56,296 bases of DNA from Intoshia linei. Taxonomy: Eukaryota; Animalia; Orthonectida. The notes beneath the pieces are model-generated. The model saw nothing but the letters and a program-made list of their open reading frames with translations. It ran no database searches and had not been told where the DNA came from. Within the stretch, counting starts at the first letter, position 1. Each line of letters opens with the position of its first letter. The position numbers were made by a program, and so were the translations under genes. Positions 50,601 to 56,296 of this stretch are shown here, piece by piece. The stretch is from assembly GCA_001642005.1 (NCBI GenBank), contig LWCA01000088.1:1-56296 (forward strand). The letters are read 5' to 3'.

Positions 50601-53600
50601 ATTGTATAAAACTATGAAACATTAAATAATTATTTAATTTACACCAATATTCACATAAAAAATCATGATATTTTTACCTATCAATTTTATTTCACTAAAC
50701 TATATGAACGAGTTCGAGAATTTAAAATCATAAATTTAAATTTAAAAAAATTTACACATGGTACAGTTGTTTCCATTTAACACACACAAAAAATTTTAAT
50801 CCGAATAAGTGACGCCTTCATGGTTAAAAAACCATTTTAGTATTCATATATTTTATTAACATTATACTATGTAAAACAAAAAATGTGAAATAATTAAGTT
50901 CAAAAATTAAAAAAAAAGATTACTCTGATAGAGCTTATTCCAGTTGATATAAATACAAAAGTTCAACCCGAGAAATCTACCATATTATCAACCAATATTT
51001 TTCAAATATTTCGATTAAAATAAAAATTGAAAATTTAAATATTGATCCTACAATTTCAAAAAAAATGTTCATTGAACGTCTACACATTTCCAATAAAGAT
51101 ATAATAAAAATCTATATAATTCATTCCTTCGAAATTTTTTTTATTGTTTTTCATATTGCATTTTAGTTAATAGTACGATTTTTAAGTTAGATTTTCAACG
51201 TGAATTTATTTTTTTAGTATAATAAAAATGTGCTCTCGGTAGAGCTAGGTGCTGCAATTGGCCATTGCAATGGTTTGGAGGTTAATTGTATGAAATAACA
51301 AAAATGGTCATTTATAAATAACCATAATGAGAATAAATATTTTTGACAAGTATTATTCTAGAAAATGATAAAATAAAATTTGAACTTTTCAAAAATTTAC
51401 TAACATCAATGCAATGTATTGATTTTTAGGTGTGACACATTAAGGTAGATATAATATTATTTTAAAAAGTTTACAACTTTAATCCAATAAATAGGTAACT
51501 TGTGACCCCAATCAATTTGTCTTGACAGACACCATGATCTAAATTTGAAAATTATAATATAATATATCCAGAGTATAAAGTCATATTAATGTAAATGGAA
51601 CCATGTAAATTCATTGGTAAATCATAACATTAATAAATAACAATAAATACTCGTTAAATCGATTATTTAACCAATGCATAAACTCGGTTTTATATTTTTC
51701 AGGAATAAATGTAAGCTTATCTTCTTTCAAAATCTAGTAAAAAATAAAACAAAGAAAGTCATATAAAACATTAGATAACTTTGTAGATGATTCCTTGCAA
51801 TCCAAATGCCATTGATTCAAAAACATTGGTTCGATTAAATCACCGGATCGTCTATTTATATATTAACACAAAAAGTACATAGAACATACATATAAAATAA
51901 TGTACATATATTTGAATTTGACAGTCACTAAATGACGGGTCGGAATAATGGAATACTATTCTAAATTAATAGTTACTCTTAGAAAATTACTTAATTATGT
52001 CAAAATCATTTACCATTAATATTATATTGAACATAAGAATCAGTGATGTGAAAATAATTCAATCAGAGTTCTCAGCATCATAATTTTTTTAATGTTTATA
52101 CACTATATAGGGAACAATGTTGGCTCTTCACGATCATGGGTTTATTAGGTTAATTAATTTTTATGAAAAATTCCACTTTTAAATATAGTAAAAATTACCA
52201 TAAACCGTCTAAATTAACTAGTAGCAGTAACAAAGTCAATTTAAAATTTTAATACAATTAATTTTACTGGCAGATAGAAACGTCTGTTTTGTAATCATAA
52301 ACCTTAACCAACCTTCCAGTGCTTGATAAAATATCTGCAATTAATTCACGCATTTTAAATCGATTTATTCCCTAAAAAAGTATATATTTTCTCCACAATA
52401 TATATCATATTGAGGCTACTACAAACTGTAGTTTTACTTAATTAGTTGTGATATTATAAAAATCGAATCGTTTTTCAAATTTTGGTGACAACTGGATTAA
52501 TTTATCACAATAATTAATATTCTAACATACCTTTTAATTTTTTAAAGTCTTATTAATTAATAAATAACAAAACTAAATTAATTAATTACTTCAAAATGAC
52601 AAGAAACATTGATCATATTTCCGGATTTATCTATTGTACAGTTCCCTAAACCGAGATTGTGCGATTTGGCTATTGTAAAATCTTTATTGTCGTGTAATGG
52701 TGTAATTTTCATTGCTCCTATCAATTTAATTAAAGAATTACTAAAATATAACCTGTTCCAAAATCTTTGTACACCATAGTATCTGCAATAATGGGCAATT
52801 TTGTTTTAAGAATAGGATGGATGGCGAATTTTTTATTAAATTTTAAATAACGAATATCGTCGGGATTGACACATATTGCAACATCAGCTAGTAATGTTTC
52901 AGGTCGTGTAGTTCCGATAGTTATATATTGTCCAGCTAATTTCAAAAATCATGTATAAATAAGTGAAATTATTTGACATACGCATTTGATCAATTTCATA
53001 TTTAATTTCAAACATTCGACCGCAGTTGACAGGTTTAAAATACGACGGGAATTTTATTTTATTTCCCGGTTTAATAGATTTCTTTTGGACCTATATTTAA
53101 TTTATTAAAATTTCCGCAAAAACATTGAATTATCAAACAAACAGTTGATACATCTATTAAGGGTGACGTTTACCGGTATACATTTTTTGAATTAATATGT
53201 TGTAAATATTTTATACTTATACCGCTTATACAGGTATATAAATATTTAATAACTAATAAAAAATTTTAAAAAAAATTAATTTAGGATTTTAACCAGTAAA
53301 TGCAAATTTCTGATATTGACATTTATCTTACTTTCCATACCAGAAATAAAACTGACTCAAAATTTGTGTTTCGTAATTTTTTTTTATTTCTGGGAGTGCT
53401 AGGTTTCTAAATAAACGGTTACAGACATACACATACTTTAGAAACTTATACTTTATATCAGTATTATCCATAAATTACCTCAAAATCAGCAATAGAAGTT
53501 TTAAGAAAACAACACCAATTTACGCAAGACATTTTTCTTTTAATTTTTCCTTTATCAAATAACTGAATAAAAGAATCAATAACACTCTCACAGTGTACCT

Positions 53601-55418
53601 AAAATAAATATACATATATTTCATACAGTTTGTAATTTTACAAAGAAACTTTAAAAGTTGCTTAAAAATCAAAAAATTAAAATATAGAATAACAGAATCA
53701 ATAGTATTGTAGTAAAAGTCCCAATCCACACCAAATCCCATTTTCTTAATTTGTTGGCATATTTTTAATTGTTTTCTAAATTTAAATTGAAATGTTCTAA
53801 AAAATAAATAACACTCTTTATTCCATTTTTCAAAAATTATTTTTCTATTTTTTTCAGGTAGTTCATTTTCTTTCATGTATGCCAACACTTTAGTATATGT
53901 TGCTATACCGGCATGATCTGTACCTGGAATCCATTTTGTAGTTAAATTTTTATAATTTAACCTAAATAAAAAATTGTAAAAGTGTGAAAAAAGAAGGATT
54001 CTTACAAATGGTCGACTGACCAGTGGTCATTATGCCAAAACGAATTTTTTTAGATATACAACAATCATTACCATCTACAATAAACATCTTGTAAAGTACC
54101 ACCAAAAGCGTGTCCTAGGTGTAAATTTCCAGTGATATTTGGAGGTGGTAAAAACAGTAACGAATCAACTTCCTAATTAAAAGTGTAATATAATATATGC
54201 AACCCGATTAACTAAATATTATCAAAAGATTTCGAAAAGCTTAAACATACAATCAGAGACCAACCTACCCATCTCGAGGTCACCCCAAAATGAAAAATAG
54301 ACCCATAAAATGCAATTCAAAAACTATGCAGTGTCATATAGCCAGTAATTTTATCAGTCAAATTGTGTTCATATCCATTGACGACTTTCAAACAGATCAA
54401 ACATTTATTGTTTTTTAAACAAACACAAAATTTTACATTTTGATGAACTTTTTAATTATTATATATTATATAGTTTTATTATAAAATTTATACGAAAAAA
54501 TTTATCTCGAAATCTATAAAACACAAATTTTGATATCTCATAGTCTAAATTTTATTGAATGGTGGACAAATAATGAAGAATATACTCATTTAAAACCTTT
54601 GGCCCTAAAATTATTTTGTGTGTCATTGAGTTCCTCAATGATTGAAAGAGTTATTAGCATCGCAGGAGTATACAATAAAAGATCAACTCATATTAAATAG
54701 CCAAATTACTTCAAATAAGAATGATTCTAAAGTGCAACTAAATTCTTAATAAATATTAATTTAAATTTAATCTCAATAGAATTCAGCTATTCATTATTAA
54801 AATTACAAGAGAAAGTTAACAATTTTCCATTATTAAAATTGATAAATTCTTTTTAAAAATGAAGGCGATAAATTTTAAAATAATAAAATAAATCAAAATT
54901 TTTTCGCATAAATTTTAAAATAAAACTTAAAAAGTTAAAGTTCAATTCATCAAAATATAAAATTTCGTGTTTGTTTGAAAAAAATAAATGTTTGATCTGT
55001 TTGAAAGTCGTCAATGGATATGAACACAATTTGACTGTTTGATAAAATACATACTGCATATAGCCTAACCGTTAGGCCCTAACGAACTCTCTAAGGCTCT
55101 TGGCATGATATTTTAAATATATATTTCAGGCAATTTTCAAATTTGACCTAATTAATTAAGGGATACATTTAAACTAACACTAAATTTACAACTTTTAGCA
55201 GTAACATTACTTCAATTAACAGTACTTTTGAAAAATTTTCATTACAGATTTCTTCTAGTAATATATCGCTTTCTGAAAAATTTCAAGTTACATGATTTAT
55301 AATTATATCAAGTTATTAGGACCATCTGGTATCCTTCTGGTAATTAATAGTTCAATAATGTTTACATACCATTGGGAGGAGACTGTGATGTACTTTCTTC
55401 ATGTTTTTTTTTCATCAT
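47683..55418 (-). CDS. Valyl-tRNA synthetase (divergent, probably the mitochondrial type); termini uncertain
   Basis: [16 protein letters not shown] (HIGH); [12 protein letters not shown]; [15 protein letters not shown]; [17 protein letters not shown]; [14 protein letters not shown]; [11 protein letters not shown]; DVLDTWFSS; [18 protein letters not shown] (KMSKS); CGVDALR. Confidence 0.92.
54325..55060. mobile_element. Foldback element with ~180-bp inverted arms in a ValRS intron
   Basis: 54355-54409 is the perfect reverse complement of 54983-55037 (55 bp). Imperfect pairing extends inward to ~54505/54895. Confidence 0.85.
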
Positions 55419-55689
55419 AATAATTTAGTGAGCGCAAAAATAAAATTTAAAAATAACAGTAATAAGACAACAAAATAAGTTAAATGAAAAATTGAAATTT
55501 TGATTTAATAGACTTAATAGTAAAAGATTAATTTATTATTAACCGTGTACGTCAATTGTTATTAACATTTTTTGATTCACGTATAATCAATGAATGTGAT
55601 GAAATTTAAAAGCTATTAAGTTTAAATACGACAATTTATAAAAATTAAATTTATTAAATTTCTATGGGATCGTTATTGTTGCTTTGAAA

Positions 55690-55910
55690 TGAGAAGCTAA
55701 ATCTTCGCATTGTTTTTGATAGGTTCAGTCGCATACCGGCACGGACATCTAATTTAATTCTTTTTCTTTAATTTGTTAGAATAGAAAATCCAGCCTCACA
55801 AAACTATGTTGTAGCAAAAGTAATAATTACTTCAAGGGTACTTTCAGTCACAAATGGATAGATATTAAACATACTACACCAAAAACTACCAAATATCACA
55901 TTTTAAGCTA
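55690..55910 (-). mobile_element. hAT/Buster transposase C-terminal remnant
   Basis: FGSFWCSMFNIYP..FATT*FCEAGFSIL..KLDVRAGMRLNLS, with stops and frameshifts. Confidence 0.75.
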
Positions 55911-56296
55911 TCATAGTACATAAACATATCATATAACATATTTCCAAAAGTGCCACTAGAAAAATCAAGGGACTATATAAAAATTTTTCTATTTGTGGCC
56001 AAAGTAAATTATACATTGTAAGACCCATAAAATTTTTTATATATATTTTAATGTATTAATATACAATTTATTTCAAATAGATCAATTCTCTTGTAGTTTT
56101 ATTTAATAACTCACAAAACATATTCCTCCTTAATGTTATCATTCACAACATATCTTGCAAATACATCAGTAGATTCGTCCAATTGTAAACTAAATTTTAC
56201 TAGGCTTTTTCGAAGTTCCATAACTTCTGCTAAATTTTTAAACCTTTTACAAAGGAATTGATTTAAGTGCCCCTTTTTGTTTTTCGCCAAGTAGAA

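Noticed and set aside
2737-55418. Alternative genetic code to explain the short ORFs
   Set aside because: In the conserved regions I traced, stops are removed by GT-AG mini-introns and the exons join in frame under the standard code.
1-56296. Prokaryotic system, CRISPR array, rRNA or tRNA
   Set aside because: Genes are spliced eukaryotic genes. The tandem repeats are coding or transposon-internal, with no repeat-spacer pattern. I recognised no rRNA or tRNA.

Overview
Very AT-rich eukaryotic (metazoan) genomic DNA. Most GT-AG introns are about 33-48 nt, the longer ones are usually inflated by DNA-transposon debris, and intergenic gaps are very short. This fits a highly reduced invertebrate such as an orthonectid, but that is an inference. 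I reconstructed seven spliced genes by hand: a FET-family RNA-binding protein (FUS/EWSR1/cabeza, +), HFM1/MER3 meiotic helicase (+), EXOSC2/RRP4 (-), VPS45 (+), ALG1 (+), a myosin-XV-type tail protein (-) and valyl-tRNA synthetase (-). Transposon remnants include Tc1, hAT/Buster, piggyBac-like, Sola2-like, Helentron-like and foldback elements. The most notable observations are: (1) the myosin XV-like gene has a full MyTH4-FERM-SH3-MyTH4-FERM tail but starts about 200 nt after ValRS, leaving no room for a motor; (2) a 3.2-kb intron with no recognisable transposon, plus a frameshifting 50-nt exon, sits just before the FET RRM, echoing FUS autoregulation; (3) the ALG1 and myosin-tail stop codons are 3 bp apart; (4) the FET-HFM1 spacer is operon-like at 116 nt; (5) splice donors have largely lost +5G. 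Exon boundaries were read by eye and nothing was database-searched.
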